In this document: piece by piece, positions 31,768 through 45,313 of the stretch
Numbering within the stretch: position 1 is the stretch's first letter
Layout of the letters: each line of letters opens with the position of its first letter
DNA from: Gemmatimonadota bacterium
GTDB lineage: Bacteria > Gemmatimonadota > Gemmatimonadetes > Gemmatimonadales > GWC2-71-9
Reading direction: 5' to 3'
Length of the DNA: 64,000 bases
Assembly: GCA_040002895.1 (NCBI GenBank)
Contig: JBDUDP010000001.1
Span: 134,545-198,544 of the forward strand
Notes under the pieces: model-generated
Databases searched by the model: none
What the model saw: only the letters and a program-made list of their open reading frames with translations
What the model was told of the DNA's origin: nothing
Translations under genes and position numbers: made by a program

Positions 31768-34157
31768 GCTCGCCCATCGCGACGGCTCCACTGCTCCCGA
31801 CCCCCCCTGGCGATCCAAGCCATCGGGGGGTCGTCCGTTTTCGGCCGGTGCACGTGGGATTGCTGGTCGCGGCCGTTGGGGTGCTGCTGACGCTGGTGGT
31901 GCAGCGCATGACCCGCCGAGCTGATGACCTCGCGATCCGGACACAAGTGCTCCAGGAGGCGACACCCACCGCCAACGCGCTCGAGACCTCGATCAACCGG
32001 CGGATGGCGTTGCTGCACGGGGTCGCTTCATTCCTCGCCGTGAATTGGGGCCGCCCGACGCTGGTGCGTGACTTCGACGACTTCGGCACTCGGATCCTTT
32101 CCGGTGTTCCCGGGGTGCGCACGGTCCAGTACCATGTCGACGGAAAAATTGTTCAGACAGTGCCGCTCGCCGGTAACGAGGCAGCCATCGGCCGAAGCGT
32201 GCTCGATGACCCGCGCCCAGGCGTCGCGCTCGATATGCGGAAGGCGATGGATACCGATGGGGTGGTGCTGTCGGGACCGATCGAGCTCTATCAGGGCGGG
32301 CGCGGGTTGATCGGCCGGTTGGCGTTCCGGAATGCGGAGGGCCGGGTGCTGGGCGTGGCTGCGATCGTTCTCGATCTCGAACCCATGTTGCACGAGGCCG
32401 GCGTGAATGCCACGCAGCCGCTCCGTTTCCAGCTGCGGGATTCCCACGGGGCATTGATTGCCGGCGATCTTGCGACCACGCCCGAGGAGCCCCCGGTGCG
32501 AACCGACGTGCAACTCCCGGATCGTCGCTGGGTGCTGGAGTCGATGCCGAGCGGTGGCTGGCGGTCTCGCGAGGCGAGCGCCATTCTCCCCTTCGGCGTG
32601 CGGGTCGGTTTCGTCATCCTGCTGCTCTCGCTCACGGCGTTCCTCGCGCGCAGCCGCCAGCTGGCGAGGAAACGTGCCGTGGAGGCGGAGCTGCGTCGTA
32701 CCGCCGAGGAGAAGTTCGCCCGGCTGTTCGCCCTCATCCCGGATGGCGTGGTGCTGACGCGGCAGTCCGATGGACTGATCCTCGAGATCAACACTGTCAT
32801 GCTTGCCATGACGGGTTTGACACGCGAGGAGTTGGTCGGGAAGACCACCATCGAGACCGGACTCTGGACGGCACCGGAGGGACGAGCGCAGATGCTGGCC
32901 GCGCTGGCCGATGGGGCGGTGATTTCTGAATACGCCGCCGCCTTGCCGAGGCGGGGTGGGGGCCTGCGAGAATGCCGACTCTCCGGTCGAGCGGTGACTT
33001 TCGATGGCGTCGAGTGCCTGCTGGTTCTGATCCGGGATGTGCACGATCAACAGCAGATGGAACGCCGCCTGGCCGAAGCGGCCCGATTGGAATCGGTCGG
33101 ACGCCTGGCGGGTGGCATCGCGCACGACTTCAACAACTTGATCACCGCGATGCGTGGGTACGCCGATCTGCTCGGCGAGCGGTTTGCCGGTGACTCCGCG
33201 GCCCTCGCGGACCTGCGAGAGGTCTCCCGTGCTGCCGACCGCGCCGCCTCGCTCACCCGACAACTCCTGGCCTTCGCGCGCAAGCAGATGGTCCAGCCTC
33301 GGCTGATCGATGTGAACGCTGTCCTCCTCGGAGCCCACCGATTGTTGCAACAACTGGCCGGTGATGAGGTCCGAGTGATCACATCCATCGCCCCGGTCCC
33401 GACTCCGGTGCTCATCGACCCCGCACAGTTCGAACAGGTACTCACCAACCTCACTGCGAACGCTCGTGATGCGATGCCCCACGGCGGCGTGCTCCGGATT
33501 CAGACCGCGGTGGCCGGCAGCGAGGTGGTGGTCACGGTGAGCGACGACGGCGTGGGGATGACCCCCGAAGCGCTGGAACATCTGTTCGAACCGTTCTTCA
33601 CTACGAAACTGTCGGGGCGAGGAACCGGACTCGGGTTGGCCACCTGCTACGGCATCGTCCAGCAGGCGGGTGGGCGGATCGAAGTCAGCTCCCTCCCGGC
33701 TGCGGGGACCACCTTTCGGGTCCACTTCCCGAGGGCGGAGGGAGTGGTGGAGAGCTCTGACAGTGCTGCCGAGGCAAGGCCGTCACCCCGCGGCACCGAG
33801 ACCATTCTGATCGCCGAAGATGAACCGCAGATTCGGCGGCTTGCGACGCGCGTGCTTCAGGGGTTGGGGTACACCGTGCTCGCCGGTGCTGACGGCCACG
33901 AGGCGCGTGCGCTGGCCGCCGGGCGCCCCGCGACCATCGACCTCCTGCTCACCGACATGGTGATGCCCGGCATGGGAGGGGGTGAGCTGGTACGACGCAT
34001 CCAGGAGGACCACGCCTCCGTGGCGCTGCTGCTGATGTCGGGGTACAGCGAGGAGCTCGTGGCCGCGGAGTATGGCGGCGCCCCGTTTCTGGCCAAGCCG
34101 TTCACCCCGGCGGAGCTGGCCGAGGCGGTGCGGCGGGCCCTCGATGGCGGTCAATAG
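31764..34157 (+). CDS. Hybrid sensor histidine kinase (TM-CHASE-TM-PAS-HisKA-HATPase-REC)
   Basis: CHASE-like PLAGNEAAIG…LSGPIELYQG, H-box GIAHDFNN, NARDAM, D.G.GM, PFFTTK, GTGLGL, receiver ILIAEDE…DMVMP…KPF. Confidence 0.88.
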   Translation: MSSPIATAPLLPTPPGDPSHRGVVRFRPVHVGLLVAAVGVLLTLVVQRMTRRADDLAIRTQVLQEATPTANALETSINRRMALLHGVASFLAVNWGRPTLVRDFDDFGTRILSGVPGVRTVQYHVDGKIVQTVPLAGNEAAIGRSVLDDPRPGVALDMRKAMDTDGVVLSGPIELYQGGRGLIGRLAFRNAEGRVLGVAAIVLDLEPMLHEAGVNATQPLRFQLRDSHGALIAGDLATTPEEPPVRTDVQLPDRRWVLESMPSGGWRSREASAILPFGVRVGFVILLLSLTAFLARSRQLARKRAVEAELRRTAEEKFARLFALIPDGVVLTRQSDGLILEINTVMLAMTGLTREELVGKTTIETGLWTAPEGRAQMLAALADGAVISEYAAALPRRGGGLRECRLSGRAVTFDGVECLLVLIRDVHDQQQMERRLAEAARLESVGRLAGGIAHDFNNLITAMRGYADLLGERFAGDSAALADLREVSRAADRAASLTRQLLAFARKQMVQPRLIDVNAVLLGAHRLLQQLAGDEVRVITSIAPVPTPVLIDPAQFEQVLTNLTANARDAMPHGGVLRIQTAVAGSEVVVTVSDDGVGMTPEALEHLFEPFFTTKLSGRGTGLGLATCYGIVQQAGGRIEVSSLPAAGTTFRVHFPRAEGVVESSDSAAEARPSPRGTETILIAEDEPQIRRLATRVLQGLGYTVLAGADGHEARALAAGRPATIDLLLTDMVMPGMGGGELVRRIQEDHASVALLLMSGYSEELVAAEYGGAPFLAKPFTPAELAEAVRRALDGGQ

Positions 34158-34211
34158 CGACTCTGGGGCGTGGCCCGAGCATCGTGGGGCAAGGGGCAAT
34201 AGATTGCGAGC

Positions 34212-35414
34212 ATGGCTTCTGACCTCTCCGTGCCCCGCCATCGGCTCCGCGATCCAGCCCTGCTGGCCATCGCGGACAAGGTGGACGGCGCCCAACGCCT
34301 CGACGCCGCCGACGCCCGGCTGCTGTACGCCAGCGACGACCTGATCGGCGTCGGCACCCTTGCCGACGTCGCCAACCGCCAGCGCAACGGCAATCGGGTG
34401 TTCTTCTCGGCCAACCAGCACATCAATCCCACCAACGTCTGCATCCTCCGGAACACCTGCACCTTCTGCTCCTTTGCCCGGATGCCGAAGGAGGATGGGC
34501 ACTACACCCGCTCGCTCGAGGAGGTCTATCATGAGGCCGCCCAGGCGACCGGCGCCCCCACGCGGGAATTCCACATCGTCGGCGGCCTGCATCCCAAGCT
34601 CCGACTGAGCTACTACACCGACATGATTCGCGGCCTCAAGGAGCGCCACCCGCAGGTCCACATCAAGGCCCTCACCGCGGTCGAGATCGCGCATCTGGCG
34701 CGCATCGAAAAGAGCAGTGTGACCGACGTGCTCATGCGGTTGCAGGAGGCGGGCCTCACTTCGTTGCCGGGCGGGGGAGCCGAGGTGTTCTCCACCGCAG
34801 TGCGCGCCACCATTGCGGAGCGGAAGCTGACCGGTGCGGAATGGATCGGGGTGCATCGCGAAGCGCACCGGCTCAGCATCCCCACCAACTGCACCATGCT
34901 CTACGGCCACGTCGAGACGGCCGACGACCGCATCGAGCACCTGGCGATGTTGCGCGACCTGCAGGATGAGACCGGCGGATTTCTGACGTACATCCCGTTG
35001 GCCTACCACACCGAGCACAACGAGCTTGGTATCGAACTGGGGCGCGTGGGCACGGCCACCACCGGGTTCGAGGACCTCAAGAACATCGCAGTCGGGCGAC
35101 TCTTTCTCGACAACATCCCTCATGTCAAGACGCACTGGCCGATGGTCACGCCCTTCCTGTCGCAGATCGCACTCGCCTTCGGCTGCGACGATGTGGAGGG
35201 CACCGTGGTCTTCGAGCGCGTCTATCACGAGGCGGGCGCTCGCACGGACATGCATCTCGCCTATGAGGGGTTGGTGGCGCTGATTCGCGGGGCGGATCGG
35301 CAGCCCGTGGAGCGGGATTCGCTCTATCAGGCGGTGCGCACCGACTTCTCCGATCTGACCATACCGCGCGGCGGCTCGGCGCGATTGTCGCTGCCGGTGG
35401 TGCACGCAGCATGA
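34212..35414 (+). CDS. mqnE: Aminofutalosine synthase (radical SAM)
   Basis: HINPTNVC…C..C, HIVGGLHP, LPGGGAE, TMLYGHVE, DNIPHVK; adjacent to mqnA and mqnC. Confidence 0.88.
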   Translation: MASDLSVPRHRLRDPALLAIADKVDGAQRLDAADARLLYASDDLIGVGTLADVANRQRNGNRVFFSANQHINPTNVCILRNTCTFCSFARMPKEDGHYTRSLEEVYHEAAQATGAPTREFHIVGGLHPKLRLSYYTDMIRGLKERHPQVHIKALTAVEIAHLARIEKSSVTDVLMRLQEAGLTSLPGGGAEVFSTAVRATIAERKLTGAEWIGVHREAHRLSIPTNCTMLYGHVETADDRIEHLAMLRDLQDETGGFLTYIPLAYHTEHNELGIELGRVGTATTGFEDLKNIAVGRLFLDNIPHVKTHWPMVTPFLSQIALAFGCDDVEGTVVFERVYHEAGARTDMHLAYEGLVALIRGADRQPVERDSLYQAVRTDFSDLTIPRGGSARLSLPVVHAA

Positions 35415-36232
35415 GGCTGGGGCGCATTCCCTGGATCAATGCCGCCCCGGTGTATGCGGCCATGGATCGCGGCATCGTCCCGGCGCCGACCACCGTGGTG
35501 TCGGCCACCGCGGCCGAGCTCAACGACCTGCTTGCCGCGGGCGAACTGGACCTGAGCGTCATCTCCGCGGTGGAGTATGCCCGGGATGCCGCGGCCTATC
35601 ACCTGCTCCCGCAACTCGCGATCTCCTGCGACGGTCCCGTGCACAGTGTCGCGCTGTTTTCGCGTCGCCCGGTCAACGAACTCGACGGTGCCACCATTCT
35701 CCGTACCGCATCGTCTCGGACCTCGACACTGCTGCTTGAGTTGCTCTGCACCCACCGCTGGGGTGTGCGACCACGCTTCGCCACGGCCCGGGCGGAAGCC
35801 AACGACCTCGCCGCCCTCCAGTCGTTGCCGCACGATGCGGTGCTGGTGATCGGTGACGCGGCGCTGCATCTCCGGATGAGTGGCATCTATCCGGTGTGCG
35901 TGGATCTGGGCAGCGCCTGGCGGGAGTGGACGGGCCTGCCCTTCGTGTTCGCGGTCTGGGCGGCCCGGCGGGACGCCGACCGCGATGCCGTACTGCAGGT
36001 CCACGAGGCGCTGCTCGCCTCGCGCGCATGGGGCGTGAGCCACCTCGATCTGATCGCCGATGAGGCGGCGCAGCGCACCGGCATCTCGCCTGCCACCTGT
36101 CGCGCCTACCTTGGCGACCTCGATTACGAATTGTCGTACCGGCACTTGGCCGGGCTGACCGAGTTCTTCGGTCGGCTCGCCAAGGACGGCCTGGTGCCCG
36201 ATGGTTCGCTCACCTTCCTGACGGCGGCCTGA
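35411..36232 (+). CDS. mqnA: Chorismate dehydratase
   Basis: LGRIPWIN, GPVHSV, SRTS, IGDAAL, TGLPFVFAVW. Confidence 0.9.
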   Translation: MRLGRIPWINAAPVYAAMDRGIVPAPTTVVSATAAELNDLLAAGELDLSVISAVEYARDAAAYHLLPQLAISCDGPVHSVALFSRRPVNELDGATILRTASSRTSTLLLELLCTHRWGVRPRFATARAEANDLAALQSLPHDAVLVIGDAALHLRMSGIYPVCVDLGSAWREWTGLPFVFAVWAARRDADRDAVLQVHEALLASRAWGVSHLDLIADEAAQRTGISPATCRAYLGDLDYELSYRHLAGLTEFFGRLAKDGLVPDGSLTFLTAA

Positions 36233-37296
36233 TGGCAGTGGTGGATCGCACGAGCGCCGAATTCCTGGCGTATCTCGACCTCTATGAGCAGGCCCCCCTG
36301 CTCGAACTCGGGGCGCAGGCCGACGCGATCCGTCGGGAGCTGCACCCCGAACCCGTCGTGAGCTACATCATCGACCGCAACATCAACTACACCAATGTCT
36401 GTGTCGCGGATTGTGCCTTCTGCGCGTTTTATCGTCGGCCCAAGGATCGCGAGGGGTACGTGCTGTCGTTCGAGGAGATCGGCGCCAAGATTGATGAATG
36501 CAAGACGATCGGTGGGGTGCAGATCCTGCTGCAGGGCGGGCACAATCCGTACATCCCGTTCGATTGGTATCTCGAACTGATGCGCTACATCAAGGCCCAT
36601 CACCCGATCCACATCCACGGTTTCTCGCCGTCCGAAGTGGTGTTCTTCTCCGAGCGGTTCCGGATGCCGGTGACGGACGTGATCCGTCAGCTGCGCGAGG
36701 CGGGGCTGGACTCGATCCCCGGCGGCGGTGGCGAAATTCTGGTGGACGAGGTCCGGGAGCGCGTCGCCAAGAAGAAGGCCCAGACCGAGGAATGGCTCGG
36801 TGTGCAGGAAGAGGCACACCGTCAGGGCATGAAGACGTCGGTCACCATGATGTATGGACTGGGCGAGAGCAATGGCGACCGGGTGGAACACCTCCTGCGC
36901 GTGCGCGACGTGCAAGCGCGCACCGGCGGATTCACCGCCTTCATCTGCTGGCCGCTGCAGCCTGAGGGCACCGGCATGAGTGAGTACGTCAAGACCGACG
37001 CGGTGACCTATCTGCGGACGCTGGCACTTGCCCGGATCATCTGCCGCAACATTCCCAATGTGCAGTCGTCGTGGGTCACCATGGGACTCAAGGTGGGGCA
37101 GGTGGCCCTGCGCTTCGGGGCCAACGATTTCGGGTCGCTGATGATGGAGGAGAACGTCGTCTCGGCCGCCGGCACCACCCATCGTGCCACCATCGGCGAA
37201 ATGGAGCGGGCCATCCGCGACGCCGGCCTGACGCCGCAGCGTCGCCGGCAGGACTATTCCATGATCGAGCCCTCGCTCGCCGGCGCCGCCGGCTGA
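36232..37296 (+). CDS. mqnC: Cyclic dehypoxanthine futalosine synthase (radical SAM)
   Basis: DRNINYTNVCVADCAFC, LLQGG, GANDFGS.MMEENVV. Confidence 0.92.
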   Translation: MAVVDRTSAEFLAYLDLYEQAPLLELGAQADAIRRELHPEPVVSYIIDRNINYTNVCVADCAFCAFYRRPKDREGYVLSFEEIGAKIDECKTIGGVQILLQGGHNPYIPFDWYLELMRYIKAHHPIHIHGFSPSEVVFFSERFRMPVTDVIRQLREAGLDSIPGGGGEILVDEVRERVAKKKAQTEEWLGVQEEAHRQGMKTSVTMMYGLGESNGDRVEHLLRVRDVQARTGGFTAFICWPLQPEGTGMSEYVKTDAVTYLRTLALARIICRNIPNVQSSWVTMGLKVGQVALRFGANDFGSLMMEENVVSAAGTTHRATIGEMERAIRDAGLTPQRRRQDYSMIEPSLAGAAG

Positions 37297-37793
37297 TGCG
37301 CATCGGCATCGGCTACGACTCCCATCGGTTCGCGGCGGGTCGCAAGCTGATCCTCGGGGGCATCGTCATACCCCACACCCTCGGGTTGCAGGGGCACTCG
37401 GATGCGGACGCCGTGGGGCATGCACTCACCGATGCGATCCTGGGCGCCGCGGCCCTTGGCGACATCGGGCAGTTGTTTCCCGATACGGAACTGGCCTGGA
37501 AGGACGCCGACTCGATGATGATCCTCGCCGAGGCGCATCGCCTGGTCCAGGAAACGGGGTGGACGCTGAACCAGGCCGACATCACCGTCATTGCCCAGGC
37601 ACCGAAGCTGGCCCCCCACGCCGTGGCGATGCGCGAGCGGCTCGCGGGAGTGCTCGGCGTCGGGACCCGTGACATTTCCATCAAGGCGAAGACCAACGAA
37701 GGGATGGGGTTCCTGGGCCGCGGCGAGGGCATTGCCGTCGTCGCCGTCGCAACACTCACTGCACATCCGGGTCGCTCCACCTCGCTCCCGTGA
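37296..37793 (+). CDS. ispF: 2-C-methyl-D-erythritol 2,4-cyclodiphosphate synthase
   Basis: MRIGIGYDSH, GHSDAD, GDIG, KAKTNE. Confidence 0.95.
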   Translation: MRIGIGYDSHRFAAGRKLILGGIVIPHTLGLQGHSDADAVGHALTDAILGAAALGDIGQLFPDTELAWKDADSMMILAEAHRLVQETGWTLNQADITVIAQAPKLAPHAVAMRERLAGVLGVGTRDISIKAKTNEGMGFLGRGEGIAVVAVATLTAHPGRSTSLP

Positions 37794-38404
37794 TCGAGTC
37801 ACTGCTCGCGTGGCTGACCTCGCTCCCGCCGGGAGCCGTGTACGCCGTCATCGCGCTCCTTGCCGCCCTCGAGAATGTCTTTCCCCCCTTTCCAGCCGAT
37901 GCCACCGTCGCGCTCGGGGCGTTTCTCGCGCACAAAGGCGTGACCACACCGGGGGGCGTCTTTGCCGCGACGCTGATCCCGAACATGATGGGTGCGATGG
38001 GGATGTACTTTCTCGGGGCGCGTCACGCCGCGGCGCTATTCCGCTCCAGCTTTGCTCAGCGATTCCTGCCGGCCGACGGCATGGCGTTTGTGCGGCGCGA
38101 ATACTCCCGCTTCGGCGTCGTGGGCCTGTTCGTTGGTCGACTCTTGCCGGGCTTCCGCGCCATTGTTCCCCCCTTTGCGGGTCTCATCCACATCGGGCCG
38201 GTGCGCGCAGGGATCCCCATGCTGCTCGCGTCGGCGCTGTGGTATGGCGGCATCATCTACCTCGCCTCGACCTTCGGTTCGCAACTCGAGACCGTGCTGC
38301 GCAGCATCGATCGCCTCAACGAGGGGATGGCGATTGTCGCGGCCGTGGTTGCGGCCGGCATCGGGGTGTGGTTCTGGCGTCGGAGCCGGCAGGCCTCCCC
38401 ATGA
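37790..38404 (+). CDS. DedA family membrane protein
   Basis: ENVFPPFPAD, GRLLPGFR pattern. Confidence 0.85.
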   Translation: MIESLLAWLTSLPPGAVYAVIALLAALENVFPPFPADATVALGAFLAHKGVTTPGGVFAATLIPNMMGAMGMYFLGARHAAALFRSSFAQRFLPADGMAFVRREYSRFGVVGLFVGRLLPGFRAIVPPFAGLIHIGPVRAGIPMLLASALWYGGIIYLASTFGSQLETVLRSIDRLNEGMAIVAAVVAAGIGVWFWRRSRQASP

Positions 38405-39321
38405 TGCTGCCGGAACTCGACGAGCGTGTCGCCACCGCGTTTCATCTGGCCGCCTTCCGTGATCACCTCTCGCTCGAAGCAGGGCATTCGCCTCATACGC
38501 TCGAGGCGTATCGCCGCGACCTGACCCGTCTGGCACAGTTCGCCGTGAGCAAGGGGGCGGCCGATCCGACGGCGCTCACCACGCCGATGCTGCGCGAGTT
38601 CATTTTCCTGCTCAAGGACCTGGGGATGAGCGGTGCCACGATCCGGCGGCACATCTCCGCCGTCCGGACCTGGTTCGGCTTCCTCGCGGCCGAGGGGCTG
38701 GTCACCAAGGATCCCAGCGATCGCCTCGAGACGCCCACGCGGTGGCGCACGCTCCCGGAGGTGCTGTCGGTCGATGAGGTGAACCGATTGCTCGAGGCCC
38801 CACGCGTCGAGGAACCGCTCGCCTGGCGCGATCGCACCTTGCTCGAGCTGGCCTATGGCGCGGGACTCCGCGTGTCGGAGCTGTGCGATCTGGGCCTGAC
38901 CGACTTGCTCCTCTCTGACGGGTTGGTTCGCGCCTTCGGGAAGGGGAAGAAGGAGCGCCTCGTGCCGGTTGGGCGCGCCGTGGTCGCGGCGGTCTCGGTG
39001 TATCTCCACACCATTCGACCGGGACTTGATCGCGGTGCCACCCGAGGTCGTCTGCTGCTGAATGCTCGGGGCGAGCCGCTGTCGCGTGTCGGGGCATGGG
39101 GCATCGTGAAGAAGCGGGCGGCACAGGCCGGGCTTCGCAAGGGCGTCACGCCGCACACGCTGCGACACTCCTTCGCGACCCATCTGCTCGAGGGCGGCGC
39201 CGATCTGCGCGCGGTGCAGGAAATGCTCGGCCACGCCGATCTCTCCACGACGCAGATCTACACGCATGTCGACCGTGATTACCTTCGGAGCGTCCACCAC
39301 AAATTCCACCCGCGCGGCTGA
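38401..39321 (+). CDS. xerD: Site-specific tyrosine recombinase XerD
   Basis: [61 protein letters not shown] terminus. Confidence 0.9.
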   Translation: MMLPELDERVATAFHLAAFRDHLSLEAGHSPHTLEAYRRDLTRLAQFAVSKGAADPTALTTPMLREFIFLLKDLGMSGATIRRHISAVRTWFGFLAAEGLVTKDPSDRLETPTRWRTLPEVLSVDEVNRLLEAPRVEEPLAWRDRTLLELAYGAGLRVSELCDLGLTDLLLSDGLVRAFGKGKKERLVPVGRAVVAAVSVYLHTIRPGLDRGATRGRLLLNARGEPLSRVGAWGIVKKRAAQAGLRKGVTPHTLRHSFATHLLEGGADLRAVQEMLGHADLSTTQIYTHVDRDYLRSVHHKFHPRG

Positions 39322-39329
39322 CCCCTTCG

Positions 39330-39917
39330 ATGCTCCTCATCCTCGACAACTACGATTCCTTCACCTACAACCTTGTCCAGCTCCTGGGGGAACTCGGGGC
39401 CGAACCCGAGGTGGTGCGGAACGACCAGATTGGCGTCGCCGACGCGTTGGCGAGGATGCCTCGCGGCATCGTGGTTGGTCCGGGACCTGGGACACCCGCC
39501 ACAGCCGGGATCGCCATCCCACTCATCCGTGCTGCGGCGGAGGCGGGGTTGCCGTTGCTGGGCGTCTGCCTCGGGCATCAGGCCATTGGCGAGGCGTTCG
39601 GGGGCTCCGTGGTGCGGGCGGACCGGCTGATGCACGGCAAGACCACGGACGTCAGTCACGGGGGGGTGGAGCTCTTCGCCGGTATTCCCGCTCCGATGCC
39701 GGTGATGCGCTACCACTCGCTGGTCATCGCCCCCGACTCGCTACCGGACGAACTCGAGTTGACCGCCTGGTCGGCCGACCGCCTTGAGGGGGCAGAGATC
39801 ATGGCGCTGCGCCACAGGACGCGCCCCATCTGGGGGGTCCAGTTCCACCCCGAGTCGGTGGCGACCCCGACCGGCAAGACCCTGCTCGCCAACTTCCTTG
39901 CGTTGTCGGGGGCTTGA
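39330..39917 (+). CDS. Anthranilate/aminodeoxychorismate synthase component II (TrpG/PabA glutamine amidotransferase)
   Basis: DNYDSFTYN, GVCLGHQ, RYHSL, QFHPES. Confidence 0.92.
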   Translation: MLLILDNYDSFTYNLVQLLGELGAEPEVVRNDQIGVADALARMPRGIVVGPGPGTPATAGIAIPLIRAAAEAGLPLLGVCLGHQAIGEAFGGSVVRADRLMHGKTTDVSHGGVELFAGIPAPMPVMRYHSLVIAPDSLPDELELTAWSADRLEGAEIMALRHRTRPIWGVQFHPESVATPTGKTLLANFLALSGA

Positions 39918-39975
39918 CAGCTAATCGGTTCTGATACAAGCGGTTAGGGATCCCACCAGAGGAACGGCACGCATT

Positions 39976-40004
39976 TTGACTCCGGGACCTCGTCCCTATA
40001 GCTT
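39976..40004 (+). promoter_or_regulatory. Putative sigma70 promoter of the kdsB operon
   Basis: TTGACT (39976-39981) - 17 nt - TAGCTT (39999-40004), 5 nt before GTG 40010. Confidence 0.6.
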
Positions 40005-40009
40005 TGATC

Positions 40010-43236
<3,227 letters not shown>

Positions 43237-43244
<8 letters not shown>

Positions 43245-43779
43245 TGCGACCGTCGCGCGCCGTATCCGCCTGGTGGGCAGTGATGTGGACGGTTGCCTCA
43301 CCGACAACGGGCTCTACATCGGAGCGGTCGGCGGGGAGCGGGTGGAATTCAAACGCTTCGACGTGCTGGACGGACTCGCCGCGTCGCTCTTGCGCCATGT
43401 CGGCATCGACATGATCTGGGTGAGCGGCCGGCAATCGGCAGCCACCGCCCTCCGGGGGTTGGAGTTGCAGGTGAGCGCGGTGATGCAAGTCTCAAGTACC
43501 GGCAAGGTCGCGGCGGTCGACGCGTTGCTCAAGGAGCGCGGCCTCGCGTGGGAGGAGATGCTCTTTCTGGGCGATGATCTCCCCGACATTCCCGTGCTGC
43601 GTCGAGTCGGGCTCCCGATTGCGGTGGCCAATGCCCGTCCCGAGGTCAAGGCGGTCTGCCAGTTCACCACCACGGCCGCGGGAGGACACGGTGCGCTGCG
43701 GGAAGTCGTGGAGTTGCTGCTGCGCGCTCGCGGTGAGTGGGACGCAGCCTCCGCACACTACACCGAGGCGGGCTCGTGA
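43237..43779 (+). CDS. kdsC: KDO 8-phosphate phosphatase (HAD)
   Basis: DVDGCLTD, GDDLPD, GGHGALRE. Confidence 0.9.
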
Positions 43780-44726
43780 CCAGCGCCGTGGCGGCGGGAC
43801 GTCGGACACTCCAACTTGAGGGCGAGGCGGTGTTGGCCGCCGGGGCGCGTCTGGATGCGAGCTTCGACCGCGCCGTGGATCTGCTGGCCGCAGGCGGCCG
43901 CGTGGTCGTGAGCGGCATCGGCAAGAGCGGCGCCATTGCCCAGAAGATCGCGGCGACGCTCACGTCCACCGGAACTGCCGCCAGTTATCTCCACCCGATC
44001 GAGTCGCTACATGGCGACATCGGCGTGGTATCGGCCGACACCGTGGCCATTGTCCTGAGCAAGAGCGGAGAGACCGAGGAGTTGTTTGGCCTGGTCGGTG
44101 CGCTGGCACGAATGCAGGTGCCGATCATCGCGATCACCGGGTCACTGCAGTCCACCCTTGGCCGGGCCGCCCGGGTGGCGCTCGACGCTGGCGTCGCCGA
44201 GGAGGCCTGCCCACACGACTTGGCGCCGACGACCAGCACCACGGTGGCACTCGCGCTCGGTGATGCGCTTGCCGTGGCCCTGCTCGAGCGCAAGGGATTC
44301 GCTCGCCAGGACTTCGCGTCGCTTCACCCCGGCGGCCGACTCGGTCGGCGCCTGCTGCTGCGGGTGTCGGACGTCATGGTCCCGGCCGATTATGCGCTAT
44401 CGCCCGAGAGCACGATGCAGGCGGTGATCGTCGGACTGGCGCACGGTCGCGGGCTGGTCCCGCTGATCGAAGGAGGCCGGGTGCAGGGCGTGATCACCAC
44501 CGGAGACTTGACCCGGTTGGTCGAACGCGTGCCCAACTTCCTCGGCGTCCCGGCGGCGGAAGTGATGAGTCGCAGTCCGCGGACGGTGTTAGCGGAGGAG
44601 CTGGCGGCCACGGCGCTCGGGATGATGGAGCGTCATGGCATCGTCGCCTTGCCGGTGCTTGCGGCCTCCGACCAGCTGGTGGGCGTCGTGCACCTCCACG
44701 ACCTGCTGCGTGCGGGGGCCGGATGA
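43776..44726 (+). CDS. kdsD: Arabinose-5-phosphate isomerase (SIS+CBS)
   Basis: GIGKSG, HGDIG, EACPHDLAPTTST, HPGG.LG, C-terminal CBS pair. Confidence 0.92.
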   Translation: MTSAVAAGRRTLQLEGEAVLAAGARLDASFDRAVDLLAAGGRVVVSGIGKSGAIAQKIAATLTSTGTAASYLHPIESLHGDIGVVSADTVAIVLSKSGETEELFGLVGALARMQVPIIAITGSLQSTLGRAARVALDAGVAEEACPHDLAPTTSTTVALALGDALAVALLERKGFARQDFASLHPGGRLGRRLLLRVSDVMVPADYALSPESTMQAVIVGLAHGRGLVPLIEGGRVQGVITTGDLTRLVERVPNFLGVPAAEVMSRSPRTVLAEELAATALGMMERHGIVALPVLAASDQLVGVVHLHDLLRAGAG

Positions 44727-45313
44727 GGGCGTCGCGGCTGGCCGTCATCCTGCTGCTCGTGCTGGGCGGCTGTGCCAAGCGTGGCATCGCCCCGAAGCAG
44801 GCGGCGGTCGGCGACAGTGCCGATCAGGTCATGGGCGGCATGCAGACCACCGTGACCGACAACGATCTGCGCGTGCTCGACCTCCGGGCTGATACCGCGC
44901 GCGTCTACCAGAATCGCCAGGTGGCCGATCTCGAGAATGTCACGGTGACGTTCTATGACAAAAGCGGTCAGGCGACGTCGACCGTCACCTCGCGCCGCGG
45001 CAGCTATGCCATCCGGGACAAGAGTCTCGACCTGCGCGACAGCGTGGTCGCGCGCACGCCGACCGGAAAGGTGTTGCGTACCGAACATCTGGTCTATGAT
45101 CGCATCGCCAACCAGGTCCGCTCCGATGTGCCGTTCACCTTCACCGGGCCTGACGGCGACGGTGCCGGCGCCTCGTTCGAGTCGGATCCCGATTTCCGCA
45201 ACGTGATCACGCTGCGGCCGCGGGGACGACAGAAGGGGAAGGGCTTCCTCCTTCCCGGTCAGGACGCTCCCAAGCCCCAGACGCCGGCTGCCAGGGGCCG
45301 GGTGCCCAAGTGA
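44723..45313 (+). CDS. lptC: LptC-like LPS export protein (possible lipoprotein)
   Basis: Position in the kds-lpt cluster, beta-rich sequence, N-terminal anchor with LGGC. Confidence 0.7.
   Translation: MRASRLAVILLLVLGGCAKRGIAPKQAAVGDSADQVMGGMQTTVTDNDLRVLDLRADTARVYQNRQVADLENVTVTFYDKSGQATSTVTSRRGSYAIRDKSLDLRDSVVARTPTGKVLRTEHLVYDRIANQVRSDVPFTFTGPDGDGAGASFESDPDFRNVITLRPRGRQKGKGFLLPGQDAPKPQTPAARGRVPK

Noticed and set aside
38401-39321. Phage or island integrase
   Set aside because: The sequence is XerD-like, embedded in a housekeeping operon, with no att repeats, tRNA or cargo genes.
39914-39946. TTGACA promoter overlapping the trpG/pabA stop
   Set aside because: No TAnnnT at 16-18 bp; the downstream TTGACT-N17-TAGCTT fits better.
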